In this document: piece by piece, positions 12,622 through 25,625 of the stretch
Layout: each line of letters starts with the position of its first letter
Position numbering within the stretch: position 1 is the first letter of the stretch
From: Mytilus edulis
Taxonomy: Eukaryota
Length of the DNA stretch: 64,000 nt
Assembly (NCBI RefSeq): GCF_963676685.1
Contig: NC_092347.1
Span: 17,918,001 to 17,982,000, forward strand
Direction: 5' to 3'
Position numbers and translations under genes: made by a program
The notes under the pieces: model-generated
What the model saw: only the letters and a program-made list of their open reading frames with translations
Told to the model about the DNA's origin: nothing
The model's database searches: none

Positions 12622-13740
12622 CAAATATTTGAAGCAATAGGTCTACAATATATTTGGTATATGGAATGATTGCTATGACCCTCTGCTATGTGCACAAGTA
12701 TATCTGGCAGATATTTACTTACTAGTAACTTGACCCCATTCTAATGATTCATTGGTAAATGTTGAGTTTTGTTAGTTTTGTCCTCTCCTCAGATACTACC
12801 AGCAATAAGGTAACTTTACTTTGTGTATCATCTGACCTTGACCTGATTTCCGTGGTACATTCGTCAGTGTTAAGTTTCCCCTGTGAAATTCGTTTTTAGA
12901 TACTTTAAGTTATAAGTGAACTATATATGGTGCATGGAAGGATTACAAAGTGTTCTTGTCTGGCAGGTACCATCTGACCTTGACTTCATGTTCATTTTTC
13001 ATTGGTGGATGTCAGGTTTCCTGGTTAAATTTGTTTCCATATATATTGTAAGCATTAGGTTAACTATATTTGGTCAATGGAATGATTGTAAGGTGAAAAT
13101 GTTTGTCTGGCAAGTGTCATCTGGCCTTGACCTTATTTTCGTGGTTTATTGGGCAAAATTTAGTTTTCGTGGTTTAGTCTGTTTCTTGGATACTAAAACC
13201 AATTGGTTAAATTTGTTTGGTGTATGCAATAGTTTTTAAGTATGAATAAGAAGATGTGGTATGAGACCACTCTGCATCCAAATTATAATGTGTAAAACTT
13301 TAACCATTATAGGTCAAAGTATGGCCTTCAAGACGGAGCATTGGCTCACACCGAACAGCAAGCTATAAAGGGCATAAAACGACTAATTGTAAAACAATTC
13401 AAACAGGAAAGCCAACAGTCTTATCTGTTTAAAAACTAGAAACAAGAAACACGTATGAACCACACAAACAAACGATAACCACTGGCCGTGACAACAGGTG
13501 CAAACAAAAGCAACTGGTTGAAATGTATTAAAATGGCACTAACCTTCATCTTTAAGATTTAATTAATCTGAGACTTTTGTATGGTCTCTAACGACTGCCA
13601 AATGTGTATTATAAACTTCCATGGTTTTCCAAAGCTGGATTTGTGTATATAAGTCAGTGTTAATTATAAAGATTCCGTGGTATCAGGCTATCAGTTTTTC
13701 CAGGTTGTGTTGGTCAAATCGTGAATAAGTTTTTTGTTGG

Positions 13741-14958
13741 TTTTTAGACGACCGCAAAAAAATGTTTGCGTAGTATATTGGTATGATGTTGTCGTCTGCG
13801 TCGTCGTCGTCCGAAGACGCATTTAGTTTTCGGACAATAACTTTAATTTTAGTGAATGGATCTCTATAAATTTTAAAAAGAAGGTTCAATACCACTAAAG
13901 GAAGGTTGGGATTGATTTTGGGGGTTGTGGTCCAAATAGTTTAGGAATTACGGGCCAAAAAAAGGTCCAACTAAGCATTTTTTTGGTTTTCGCAGCTATT
14001 ACATTTAAACACAAGGTTACTATTATATAAACCTCAAAAGAAAGGTTGGGACTGATTTTTTGAGTTTTGATCCAAACAGTTTATGAATTAGGGGCCAAAA
14101 TTAAAAATTGAACTATTGGGGTGCCTTGATATGCCGAACCTAACCGTGTATTTAAAATTTTTATTTTCGGTCCCGTTTTCAAATTGGTCTACATTAAGGT
14201 CCAAAGGTTATATATATATCTTTATTCTCGTAAACCAAAGTACAATGGTACAGAGACATATACAAATAAATTAACATAGTATAAATTTTAAATACAAATG
14301 TAAAAATAGAGACATAAAGTGATTACCCAGGAGATTCTAGGCATTTAATAATAATTCTTATAAACTTGCACAAATTGTTTAGTTCAGACGGGTTGCTACT
14401 ATTCATGAGACCTTGAAATTTTAGAATATAGGTTCCAAAATTAAATTTAGTTTGATTTTAACCAAAATTGAATTCGTGGGATTCTTTGATATGCTGAATC
14501 TTAACATGTACTAAGATTTTTGATTATGAAGGCAGTTTTCAAGTAAGTCCAAATCGAGGTTAAAAATTAAACTTTGAATATATGAGGTTCTTTGATGTGC
14601 TGAATCTTGCTTGGGCCCAGATATCAAATTGTTCAGCATTTAGGACTGAAGGGTTCAAAATTGAACTTTATTACATTTCTTCAAAAATTTAATTCTTGGG
14701 GTTCTTTTATATGCTGAATCTTACCATGTATTTTGATTTTGGATATTGGACCATAATAGGTAAATGTCCAATTTAAAAGTTTTTAAGTTCTTAGACCACA
14801 ATCATTCTGTGTCAGAAACCTATGGTGTGTCAACTATTTAATCACAATCCAAATTCAGAGCTGTATCAAGCTTGAATATTGTGTCCATACATGCCCCAAC
14901 TGTTCATGGTTCAACTTCTGCGGTCGTATAAAGCTGAGCCCTGCGAAGCACCTGGTTT
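13741..14958 (+). mobile_element. Second, shorter copy of the same HINE-like family, interrupted by a LINE 3' fragment
   Basis: Starts tttttagacgaccgcaaaa with (GTC)n and ends tgcggtcgtataaagctgagccctgcgaagcacctggtt. Colinear with 10638-12621 but has fewer satellite units. Confidence 0.8.
14210..14430 (-). mobile_element. 5'-truncated LINE 3' end inserted in the HINE copy
   Basis: The - strand reads ILKFQGLMNSSNPSELK..., resembling ORF2 C-termini of non-LTR retrotransposons, followed by AATAAA and a (TA)n tail. It splits the host motif ggtccaaag|ggtccaaaatt, with a possible aggtt duplication. Confidence 0.5.
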
Positions 14959-16979
14959 TCTTCGTCTTAAGATTAAAATGATTTCATGTGCTGATGGCAA
15001 TTAATAGGATTACAGAATGCACATCCTCCTTTCAAAAACAACTATTAGATTTATCAACTTTTGTTGCCAGTTTGCTAATTCCTATCTTATGTGACTTATG
15101 TCAATTTCAGTATATCTTTCGATAGTTAAATGACGTTTTGTGTATTTTTTTTCAACATATTCTGGTCCAAGTAAGATATAAATTGCAGCATCAGCAGATA
15201 GTTGTGGTAGTGACAGTAGTCTTTTAAGTGTGTTTTTGTGAGGGTTTTTTTTTTTTTTTTTGGGGGGGGGGGGGGTATGTCTGGTTTTAAAAGTGTTGTT
15301 GGGAATTTCAATTTCATAAAGCATTCTTGGTGCCACAGATGTTCTTAAAAGTTTGTATGCTATCAATATATTTGTTCAATCATAATTAAAACCTACATTT
15401 AGTCTTTATTCGAACTATTTAATATTCATTAGCTATTTACTCGGAATATGTACCAACATTGCAATATCTTGCAGTCGCTTTTGATTTATTAGAAAACATC
15501 CAAACACGTACACAATGTGTTACAAGAGGTCATTATTCATAACATATACTAAATATGACAAAAATTAACATGGGATTAAATACAAATAATTTAAATATCA
15601 TTTGATAATGCGTCTTAATTTGGTTGAGGAGTATTCTAAGGTTTCTTCTAAGATTATACTCATGGGTAAAGCTGAGAATCGAACACTTAAAGTTTATATA
15701 TTCTTTTAATATTATCAAACCTTAAATAAATAGAGGCATTAACATTTTGGAAGTGGATTAATCATTAATCCTTCTAACATTTGATCTGGGATTAATTTAC
15801 ACCTGACCAATTCCATTAATTTTTGTTCTTATAAATCCTTTTCTGAAAAATTCAACTTTTTAATTTAATTTAATTAAAACGGAATTAATTAATCAGTGAA
15901 TAGGTGCAATAAACACGTAAAATAGCTTTACACTTCGGGGTTAACGACACTTTTAAATAATGGTTAATTGGATGGAGGGACAGTTATCTTACATAAATTT
16001 ATGTGTCAAATTAGTCAAATAATAGCGGTATAAAAATTGTATTGTGTTTTCGGCGGACATGACCCCTGAGCCAGACTTTTATTACACACCGAATGTTGAA
16101 ACACCATTTCAAGACTGAACCAACCTTCGTTAGTATCTCTTTAAACGTTTATTTTGTACAGTTATAATGTATTATGTAAATTTATGCAACTGTCAAAATG
16201 TTTATCCAATTACAGTACTTCAAATCTTGATTGAAAACATAGAGACCTTAAATACAAAACATTAAATATTCTGAAGTCATTTGCGATATATATTAGATAC
16301 CTTATGTTTCAAGTTGGTTTCATTACCAACTATAAATTCTAATTAACAAAACGTGACGTATTTATCTTTTCAAATATATATTTAGTTATTTTAAATTTAC
16401 AATTATGGTCTTAATTTTAAATTTGATATCTGTTATTGGAAAAAAATTCTTCACACGACTATGAATACTTAATTATTTTAAAAAATAATCTTCTGAATAC
16501 AATGGCCATTTAAGTTGGGTTAATCTCTATTAATCCATAATAAACCGTAATCCACAATAAATCCATTCGCTGTCGTCATTTAACAACAAGTTTGGTCGGA
16601 GATGTGTCAAATTAATTTTATAGGAAATATAAGTGAAAATTAAGAGGTAAGAATATTTTTACTTATTTTCATAGAACAGAAATTGAATTTCGGGCAAGAT
16701 TTTCATATGGCACCCCACCAAACTAAAAAAAAACAATAATATATTACAGTTTATTCTGTAGGGTAAAATATGAAACTCTTTCCGAATTTCGTAGAATTGG
16801 TTTCATGAAGTATTACCGGGTCAAAACCAAATGACTTCAAGATGGAAGACTTTAAAACGAGAAAACAATACAATGAAATAAATAATTATATATTTTTTCA
16901 AATACAAATATGTTTTACGAATCATAAAACTGGAAGACTTTGAAACGAGAGAATATCACAAAGAAATAAGTAATTATAC

Positions 16980-17312
16980 ATTTATTTAAATAAAAATATG
17001 TTTTACGAAACATAAGATGTGGTTTGATTGCCAATAAAATGAATAACATGGAAATGTATTTTCAAGAAGAACTTACGGTAAATAGATTCAAAATATTTAA
17101 ATAAAAATATGTTTTACGTAACATAAGATGTGGTTTGATTGCCAATAAAACGAATAACATGGAAATGTATTTTCAAGAAGAACTTACGGTAAATAGATTC
17201 AAAATATTTAAATAAAAATATATTTTACGTAACACAAGACGTGGTGTGATTGCCAATGAAACGAATAACATGAAAATGTATTTTCAAAAAGAACTTACGG
17301 TAAATAGATTCA
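16980..17312. repeat. Tandem repeat, 111-bp unit x3, preceded by a related ~87-bp duplication
   Basis: aaataaaaatatgttttacg...agatgtggtttgattgccaat...gaacttacggtaaatagattca recurs at about 16989, 17100 and 17211. Confidence 0.85.
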
Positions 17313-17778
17313 TAATGGCTTAACATATCCCTGTCTGTTTATACCACAGAACTACTGTTTGTTTTGTCACAGGGGAAAAGTAGTTAGAGGCCAGGGGCAG
17401 TGCATGTGCTTAACAAATAGCTGTTTTATTTTGTCAAACAGAAAACAGTAGGTAGAGCGCCAGAATTTTCCACCAAAAAACATGTCTAAATTTTTTCCAC
17501 CAAAAAACATGTCTAAATTATAGCCAAACTATGCAGGCACCTATAGACGAAAAGGTAAATACCAACCTTATTAAAAGATTCAAAAAGTCCATAAAATTTT
17601 ACAAAATCAAACGTGAGTCTATGTCAACTAACAGAACAAATGGAACACAACTGTCATATTCCTGACCTGGTCTTTGAAAAACAAATGTTTTTCGATTCAC
17701 GCTTAAACTTTACTGTATTCTTGACTATTCACGGTTGTAGAAACGAAGATTTTGTAGACACTTTTTTTTTACTTTCAG

Positions 17779-19770
17779 ATGTCTAAACTGGCTAATAGGA
17801 TATTGAATAGCGACAAAGAGGTTGCGGCTGTCAAGTACAATATTAAAGAACAACGATGTCTGAAGAAAAATTTAGTGACCTTGGATGCCGAAGCACAATA
17901 TTCTGTGAAACTAATCGATATGGAAAACAGAGGGATGAAGGTTTTCTATAGACGATTTAGAGACAAAGTTTCCAAAATCAAAACTCATTTGAAAGTGAAC
18001 GAGGTCACAAGACTTAAAGATCTCGAGGCAACCGGCCGACTAAGTCCTCCTCAGAACACAGTTAATACAACTTCTATGTTACGTATAGCAGACGCAGAAA
18101 AACGTTTGAAATTACAGGGTCGAGAACATCTTCGGAAAACTAAAAGTGCTTTTACAAGCAGGAGTGTGGAAGCTATTCAGGAAAGTAAGAGCAATTCTGT
18201 CATGTCAGGAACTTTTGATAGCCATTTCAATGAAAGCGAATCTGTTCATCGACTTTCAACATCTCATCGACCTTCAACATCTGCATTGGATAGTAAATTA
18301 AACGGTTCCCGTGAAAGCATATCTAAAAAGCGTCAGAGTATTGAATCCTTAGATAGACCACAGTTTTTTAAATCTAAAACATGTGATGCAATTATACAAG
18401 AGTCTGATTTCGTAGAAAAAATTGAAAGCAAGGAAATTCTAACTTCCCCGCTCGAACATACTACAGAAAAATATGAACCATCGAAATGTACGGGAATATG
18501 TATAGTTTATGGAGAAAAACCTACCGAAACTTACAAACCTGTAGTCAAGGAACCAGAAAAAGAAGACACCCCAAACAAAAAAATGAGCTTGACTTTTAAT
18601 TTCATAGAAACAGGAAATGTTAATTCGCCACGTATTATGAACAAAACAAGTAGTGTTGAGAATGAAATGCCAAAGAAAGAGGAGGATACCGTTAGTCAAA
18701 GTCCACGTCAATGTAACGACGTAAACAATGGCACACTTACCGTGAATCCTATAGAGGACATGCTGGATGAATCAAATGGAACAAAACATGAGATACCCGA
18801 TACTAATGATAACAAAGAACAGAAAAGTGGTGCAGTAAATCATGATTCAAATAATAACACAACTCCAAGAAAAACTTCACAACACAAGACGACTAATCAG
18901 TTTTCCAGAACATGTCGTCACAAGAAGCACCAAAACGAAACACGAGGTAAAGATGACACAACCAAGCTTAGGAAAACGGAACAAAAACCCAAACCACTGG
19001 AAAACAAACAGGACAGTGATATTAAAAATAATTGTCAAAAGGATAAAACTTTACATACAAATGCCGGTCGTGATTCGCCCGTATCTATAAAAAGTTACAA
19101 TAAAGTTGCCGTCCCTCGAACTCGAAACGGCCAATCGAAAAGTGCACGATCCAATTTCGAGAGGCAGTCAAGAAAAAAGTCGTGTAATAGTAGCCCGGAA
19201 CGACGAAGTTTCTCCGCTACGGGAAAATCCACGAATTTCGCACAAATGACCAAACAGTACTCATGCCATAGCAGTATTGATAAAGAGGCAATGAAAATCC
19301 AGGAATCCAGGATGTCTTTCAGCATCTCCGATGGTTTGTTTAGTTTGGGTGATGACCCGTACGAAGAGCGCAGACAACTTCTTCTGATGGACGAACACAA
19401 TAGATTTGTAATTTTGTTACATAAGAAGGAAGACTATCTAGAAAGAATAGAAGAGTATATCAAAAAACAGTTGGAGGAATCCCTATACGGATGTCCTGAT
19501 GGAGCTGTTGGCGGGAAGAAGAAGACTAAATCACCAAAGGATATCTGGGACGAATTAAAACATTGTCGGTATCTTAGAACCGATGACGAGGAGGATATTG
19601 ATCTGTCGCAGGTTGTAACTCTCGCTTCGGAACAAATTAAAAGTAAACAAGGACTTAAGTATAAACCACTGTTTGGTAGACAAAAGAGCAAGAAAACAGT
19701 TACAGTGGAACCCAAAAAGACAGAGGACAATAAAAGTAAAGATCCGGTTAACTCGGATTCTCTGGGTTAG
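17779..19770 (+). CDS. Uncharacterised 663-aa protein: N-terminal helical/coiled-coil region, long polar low-complexity centre, C-terminal WDELKHCRYLR motif
   Basis: A 1992-bp uninterrupted ORF in AT-rich DNA, with the ATG immediately after a strong acceptor (ttttttttttactttcag). No catalytic motif recognised. Confidence 0.8.
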   Translation: MSKLANRILNSDKEVAAVKYNIKEQRCLKKNLVTLDAEAQYSVKLIDMENRGMKVFYRRFRDKVSKIKTHLKVNEVTRLKDLEATGRLSPPQNTVNTTSMLRIADAEKRLKLQGREHLRKTKSAFTSRSVEAIQESKSNSVMSGTFDSHFNESESVHRLSTSHRPSTSALDSKLNGSRESISKKRQSIESLDRPQFFKSKTCDAIIQESDFVEKIESKEILTSPLEHTTEKYEPSKCTGICIVYGEKPTETYKPVVKEPEKEDTPNKKMSLTFNFIETGNVNSPRIMNKTSSVENEMPKKEEDTVSQSPRQCNDVNNGTLTVNPIEDMLDESNGTKHEIPDTNDNKEQKSGAVNHDSNNNTTPRKTSQHKTTNQFSRTCRHKKHQNETRGKDDTTKLRKTEQKPKPLENKQDSDIKNNCQKDKTLHTNAGRDSPVSIKSYNKVAVPRTRNGQSKSARSNFERQSRKKSCNSSPERRSFSATGKSTNFAQMTKQYSCHSSIDKEAMKIQESRMSFSISDGLFSLGDDPYEERRQLLLMDEHNRFVILLHKKEDYLERIEEYIKKQLEESLYGCPDGAVGGKKKTKSPKDIWDELKHCRYLRTDDEEDIDLSQVVTLASEQIKSKQGLKYKPLFGRQKSKKTVTVEPKKTEDNKSKDPVNSDSLG

Positions 19771-22700
19771 AGATGATGTTACTTTACATTATTATAGTAC
19801 TATTTTTTTCATGTTAGCTCTTTAAATTAAATCTGTTAATAATAATATATGTTCTTGTTCAAAATTGTGAGGATTTTCCCCCAGCCTGTGACATTTATGT
19901 CAAGGAAGCGAGAAATAGTTGTTGTTGGTTCAAGTTTTGTCAACTTTGTTTTTTGTAAATTGTCATGTTATAAATTAGGCCGTTGGTTTTCCGTTTTGGT
20001 ATGTTTGTCATTTTTTAAATTGGGGCCTTAAAATAGCCGGGCGACTGTACAGTATGGGTTTTTCTCATAGTTTACGTCCGTACGATGTCCTATAATTGCT
20101 TAGATCAACTTCTTTTGAACAATGACTGATATTAACTGTTGTCTCATTGGCAAACCTATTCAGACATCAATAACTTTGTCAAACCTTTAATGTATTTTAT
20201 GAATGTTGGACAGAATCTTTTTTTTTTTCATTACCAATAGACATATATATATCCAGAGCAAAATAATAAAACTATTTATTTTTCATTTTCCCTTATTTTC
20301 CTGATAAAAAAAAACTTAATTTTTACCGCAGTTTGCAAGTTAAAGTTTGTTACACATCAAATACTTCTATAACCCATCGCTAATGAAAAGGAGGTTGTTG
20401 TTCGGTGTGAGTAAATGCTCTGTGTTGAAGACCATACATTCACCTATAATTGTTTGATATTTACACTTTGTGACTTGGATGGAGATTTATCTATTTGGCA
20501 CTCATACCACATCTTATTTCTATAAAATCTTTGTTGTTTAATATTTTCATGTCCCTGGTTTCCATTATTTAAATGACATGACTGATGGATGGAACATTTT
20601 TTTTTACAGTTAACATTTACGGACAGTATGTGATTACTTTTTTTTACATGATACATTGTAAACCTTCATGGATCGTTATGAACTTGGACTGAATCTAATC
20701 TTCAAGATCAAGCAACAACATATAGTTATAGAAAAAGTTTTATTTCATTCTTGACATCTGTATGTTGCTGAAAAATTGACTCAACCTTTAATTTGTCGAT
20801 ATGACACTTGTAACTGACAACAACAAATACAGGCGACATGAAAATTAAAAGTTAGGAGTGATATAGCACTCAGCGACATAAAGAATTTTAACGCGTAAAG
20901 ATTCGTCATCTGTTTGAATATCAAATGTGATAACCCAGGCTTTGGGTGGAGTTCGTGTTGCTCATTTTTCTAGTTTTTTGTTGTTTGTCTTTTCGTCGTT
21001 TTAGATCGTTTTAGATCTTTGCCATGGCGTTGTCTGTTGACTATATGAACTTTTGAGTTTAAATATCCGTTTGGTATCAGCAGCCTCTCTTTCACCACTA
21101 TTTTTGTTTTACTTTAAACAATTGCTTAAAGTACTTTTCCAATTTTATGTGTAAATCTTAATTTGAAACTCTTTGTGTGAATATCGTGTACAGCGGTTAC
21201 GGAATCTGAGCAGTACGCGTTCAAAAAGGCTAGTAGACCCAAAAAGGAAAATCCACTAAAGGAATAGTTTCAACAAACCATTGTTCAAAAATTAGATAAT
21301 TTTGCACCTCAGACGCCTGGGCATATTTTCATTTTCTCCCAATTTAGTTTTTAGTAACAGTCTGTATAATAACAAAAAGTAAAACAAAGAAAAAAGAAGG
21401 GTTCAACGCTTTAAACACTTTTCTAGCCCTGATTGATTTTCTGTACCAATCACAATATTGCCTGCATGATTCTTCACTTTTGATATTCATGTGTTCTATG
21501 TCTTTGGTTTACAACTGACTGGCTGTAGTCATAATGTAACTTTAATTCATTGGTCCGTTAAAAAGTGCTTTAATACCGAGGGGAACGGCTTGATTTTATA
21601 TCACCAGGTTCAGTATTATTTGAGCAATTGCACCGAAGCATTCGTTAATACGGGATTGTTAATTATAAATAAAAGGGGATGAAATAAGAAGGACCATCAA
21701 TCAAACACTTTAGTCGAAGAAACTGAACAGAAAATACAATTGCCAAAAAGTAAAACATTGGAAAGACAGTCAACAAAACATTACAAAATTAAAGGCTGAA
21801 CAACAACACCAACTCCTCCCCAAAAACTGAATTTTCACTCAGATGCTCAGGAAGAACAGCAGTTCATGCTCAACCATTGGCACCAGATGTGCTGCTCATG
21901 GCAAGTAAAAAAACAACGATAAGTTTAGTCGTTGATACCACATCCGAAAAAAAACAAAACGGTATTATGGATATACGATCAATGAAATTCATATTGTCAT
22001 CTGTGACACATATATTCCATAACGATCAAACAAATCACAATCATCCGCAGAACTTACCACAACTGTATTTCCGTTTGGACTGTATTGGTTAACTGGGGTA
22101 ATGAGGCAGCAGTCCCCATCAAGGATATTATGATAGGAAAACGAAAAACCTGGAAGATCGTATTAACTGGGGGAAATTCTGCATTGTCCCATTTCTATTC
22201 TAGCTCCTGGTCGATGTTAAAAGAAAAAGGTTGAGATTTATCATTAGAATAAAAGATATTTTTTTGTCATTTTGTCGTTTGGTCGCTGTTCTATAGAGAC
22301 TTATAGACGTTTACTCCCTACGAATCATTCATGTGTTTAAGTTTTTTTTTTTATTATCGACTATAACTGACACTAATCATGGTATCAGAAAAGAATCCTA
22401 TACACCTTAATATAACACAAGGTCTGAAATCCTCGAAGACAAAAACATGGAGATCTGACACACACCGTGTATCCTGATCTGAAATCCTCAAAGACAAAAA
22501 CATATTATAATATATAGATGTATACTAATGTGTGAAATTGGATAAAACTATTTTCGTGATTTCAATCGCCTCTCCCTTGATCATGTACACAAATTCAGTT
22601 AAACACAAGGTCGAATCTAACTGAATTAAAAAAAATAAACCAAATAAAATACAAAAATTCCAGCTATCACGAGTTTTAGGCAGTATACTCAGTATATCCT

Positions 22701-23574
22701 AGTATATCCTGTATGTGTTTAAACTCGGAAAACTATACCAACTGTGTAGTAGAGTTCGCATAAAATATGACAATTGCTTGACTCGGTTAATTCAAGCCAT
22801 CCATGCCGTGAGTCAAATAAAAATGTTAAATGATTCTGTTAAAATAAATAAAAAATTTCGATTCAAAACGTTTTCGTCCTTGCTTAGCTGATCGAATTCT
22901 CTCTCACCAAACAAAAAATCTAGGATAAAAAAAAATTAACCACTTGAAAAAGTGTGTTAAGAAATAAGCCAAAAACCAGGTTTAGTCTTATATGTTCTAT
23001 TTTAGAAACTTCAGCCATTTTTGTTGGACATAATCAAAACACCCGTGTTCGATGTTTCCCTTCATTGTATATTTTACTGTATATTTCCTACTGGGGACGG
23101 ATAAAGATCGATAAAGTTAGTCCCATTTGGTCCAGAACCGTCTATAAGATTTCTTGGATTTATGATTTAATTTTCTTGAAAAATCATTCAAGCTTATGTA
23201 ATCTTCTATATACACAAATACAATGACTGGTTTCAAATTACTACTTTGAGAGATAAATGATATTCACTGACTTATTGTCCGACCCTATCCTTACCATCAA
23301 AATCTTTTTACATAAAATTGTTTCCCCCCCCCCCCCCCCCACTTTGAATGGATGCCGTCAAGTGAGGAGACTACAATTTTAACTTCTGATTGGACCCATA
23401 TGTGATGGAAATTCCCAACCTGTGTATGCATCTACTTATACATGTGTAACATATCAATTCTAAATAGTAATTCCCCAACAATATTAAAAATTGTTGTCAA
23501 CTATTTGAATGAATACTTGTTGGTGAGAAACTCAAGTCATTAAAGATTGCATATTTTGGCGTTAATATTGAGTC

Positions 23575-24248
23575 ACTGATAAGGTCTTTGCATCGGAACT
23601 AAACACATTTATTCTAAAATACAGTTGTTGGCATGACACGGGTTATGTTCTTCTCATATATGTTATGATGGTATGATACTAAACCCCTAACGGGAAGGAT
23701 TGTGCCTGATGTTCATATGATGAAATCATAATCTTTCAGTCAGTTTAATTGAAGTCTGGAGCTGGCATGTCAGTTAACTGCTAGTAGTCTGTTGTTATTT
23801 ATGTATTATTGTCATTTTGTTTATTTTCTGTGCGGGTTACATCTTCTGACATCAGACTCGGATTTCTCTTGAACTGAATTTTAATGTGCGTATTGTTATG
23901 CGTTTACTTTACTACAGTTGGTTAGAGGTATAGGGGGAGGGTTGAGATCTCACAAACATGTTTAACCCCGCCGCATTTTTGCGCCTGTCCCAAGTCAGGA
24001 GCCTCTGGCCTTTGTTAGTCTTGTATTATTTTAATTTTAGTTTCTTGTGTACAATTTGGAAATTAGTATGGCGTTCATTATCACTGGACTAGTATATATT
24101 TGTTTAGGGGCCAGCTGAAGGACGCCTCCGGGTGCGGGAATTTCTCGCTACATTGAAGACCTGTTGGTGACCCTCTGCTGTTGTTGTTTTTTATTTGGTC
24201 GGGTTGTTGTCTCTTTGACACATTCCCCATTTCCATTCTCAATTTTAT
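23575..24248. mobile_element. Interspersed SINE-like/non-autonomous repeat
   Basis: GC-richer block. Its segment gttgagatctcacaaacatgtttaaccccgccgcatttttgcgcctgtcccaagtcagg recurs in reverse at ~56925-56990. Class not determined. Confidence 0.55.
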
Positions 24249-24445
24249 CATTACTAAAAGGTACTTGATTTCTGTAATAATTTATATGCTTCTCTTTTAT
24301 TTTTATACATTTCTCTCATAATTATCCACTGTCACTCCTTCATTGTATATATGTTATTATAGTTTGTCTTTAATTTGTTGCCATAACCATTTATTGTCAA
24401 TGCGTTAGTGCTAATAAAGTTATCTTATCTTATAATGTATCATTA

Positions 24446-24497
24446 CGCCAGACGCGCGTTTCGTTTACATAGATATACAGAAGACTCATCAGTGACG
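24446..24497 (-). ncRNA. Type I hammerhead ribozyme motif in a Penelope/retrozyme-type repeat remnant
   Basis: The - strand reads cgtca-CTGATGA-gtct...aaac-GAA-ACGCGCGT-C-tggcg: intact core, palindromic stem III and a GUC cleavage triplet. Stem II is weakened by a mismatch and a longer loop. Confidence 0.65.
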
Positions 24498-25625
24498 GTC
24501 ATATAAAAAAGTTAGAGAGCCAAACAAGTATAAAGTTGAATAGCATGGATGACCCAAAATTCCAAAAAGTTGTGCCAAATACAACTATTAAAGGTAATCC
24601 ATGCATGGGATAAGAACATCCTTATCCTCTATCTATCAAGCACCTAATTGTCAAAAATGAGAGTACGCGGTGAAGGGCTGTGGATTTTTTTTATGAAAAT
24701 TTCCATATGTTTAGCATTGAATAAACACAAGGATACATAATCTTTATCTATAACAAAAGCTGTATAGATAAAGAGGTCCGTTGTTTAAGATATTTTTGGT
24801 ATTTAGCTGTATAGAAAAAAGTCCGTTGTCTGTTGTATAAGATATTATTTCTTTGGTATTTAGCTGTAGAAATTCATTTAGTCGGTAACACGTTTTAAAA
24901 ATAGGAGTCCTTCAGGTTATAACAAAGATGTAAAAGACAAAAATGGTAGGCAAGAACAACAAATTCTTAATTTTTTGGCACACATTTATACTTAAAACAT
25001 TGTACAAATAATGTTATTCGGAGAAAAATGACTTAAATGTAATGTGTTGTTTAAAAAACAAAGTTGCATAAAATATATGCGTAAGTATTAAACAAGTTAC
25101 AAAGATGTAGTGCAGATAAATGTTACAGAGTCGGAGATCTATATATATCTTGAATCCTTTGTTTTTCAAGGAATAACAGCAACGTCGGAACATGATGACA
25201 ATTGACAGTACCTATCAGTATGTGCCCTCAAGTCAAATTAACATTCCCGTTTGAGATGAGCACCGTGCTCTGACTATGCGAGAATATTCATCTTATCGCT
25301 ATTTGTCATTGGCATTACTAGATATCACACAGGTTCCTGTAAAATTTTGACTTCATAAAACTATATATCTGAGGCCAGAATTGAAAAGTGATTGTTGTAT
25401 GCGTCAAAAGTTCAAGCGTCTGGGTCAGCCGGGATTAGCGATAAGGTGTATTGCATCCAATTTTAACAGTGCACATGACACCTATAGAATCCATGATAAA
25501 TATGTGATAATCTCTCTGTCTTAAAGCAGATTTCTTACCATGGTTCTTGTGAGATGAAATAACAATTTTAAATGCAATAATTTGATAAAATAGATAATTG
25601 AGATTGATGAATTGAAAAAGTAATG

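Noticed and set aside
18439-19730. Several antisense and alternate-frame ORFs
   Set aside because: They are shadows of the 663-aa coding exon.
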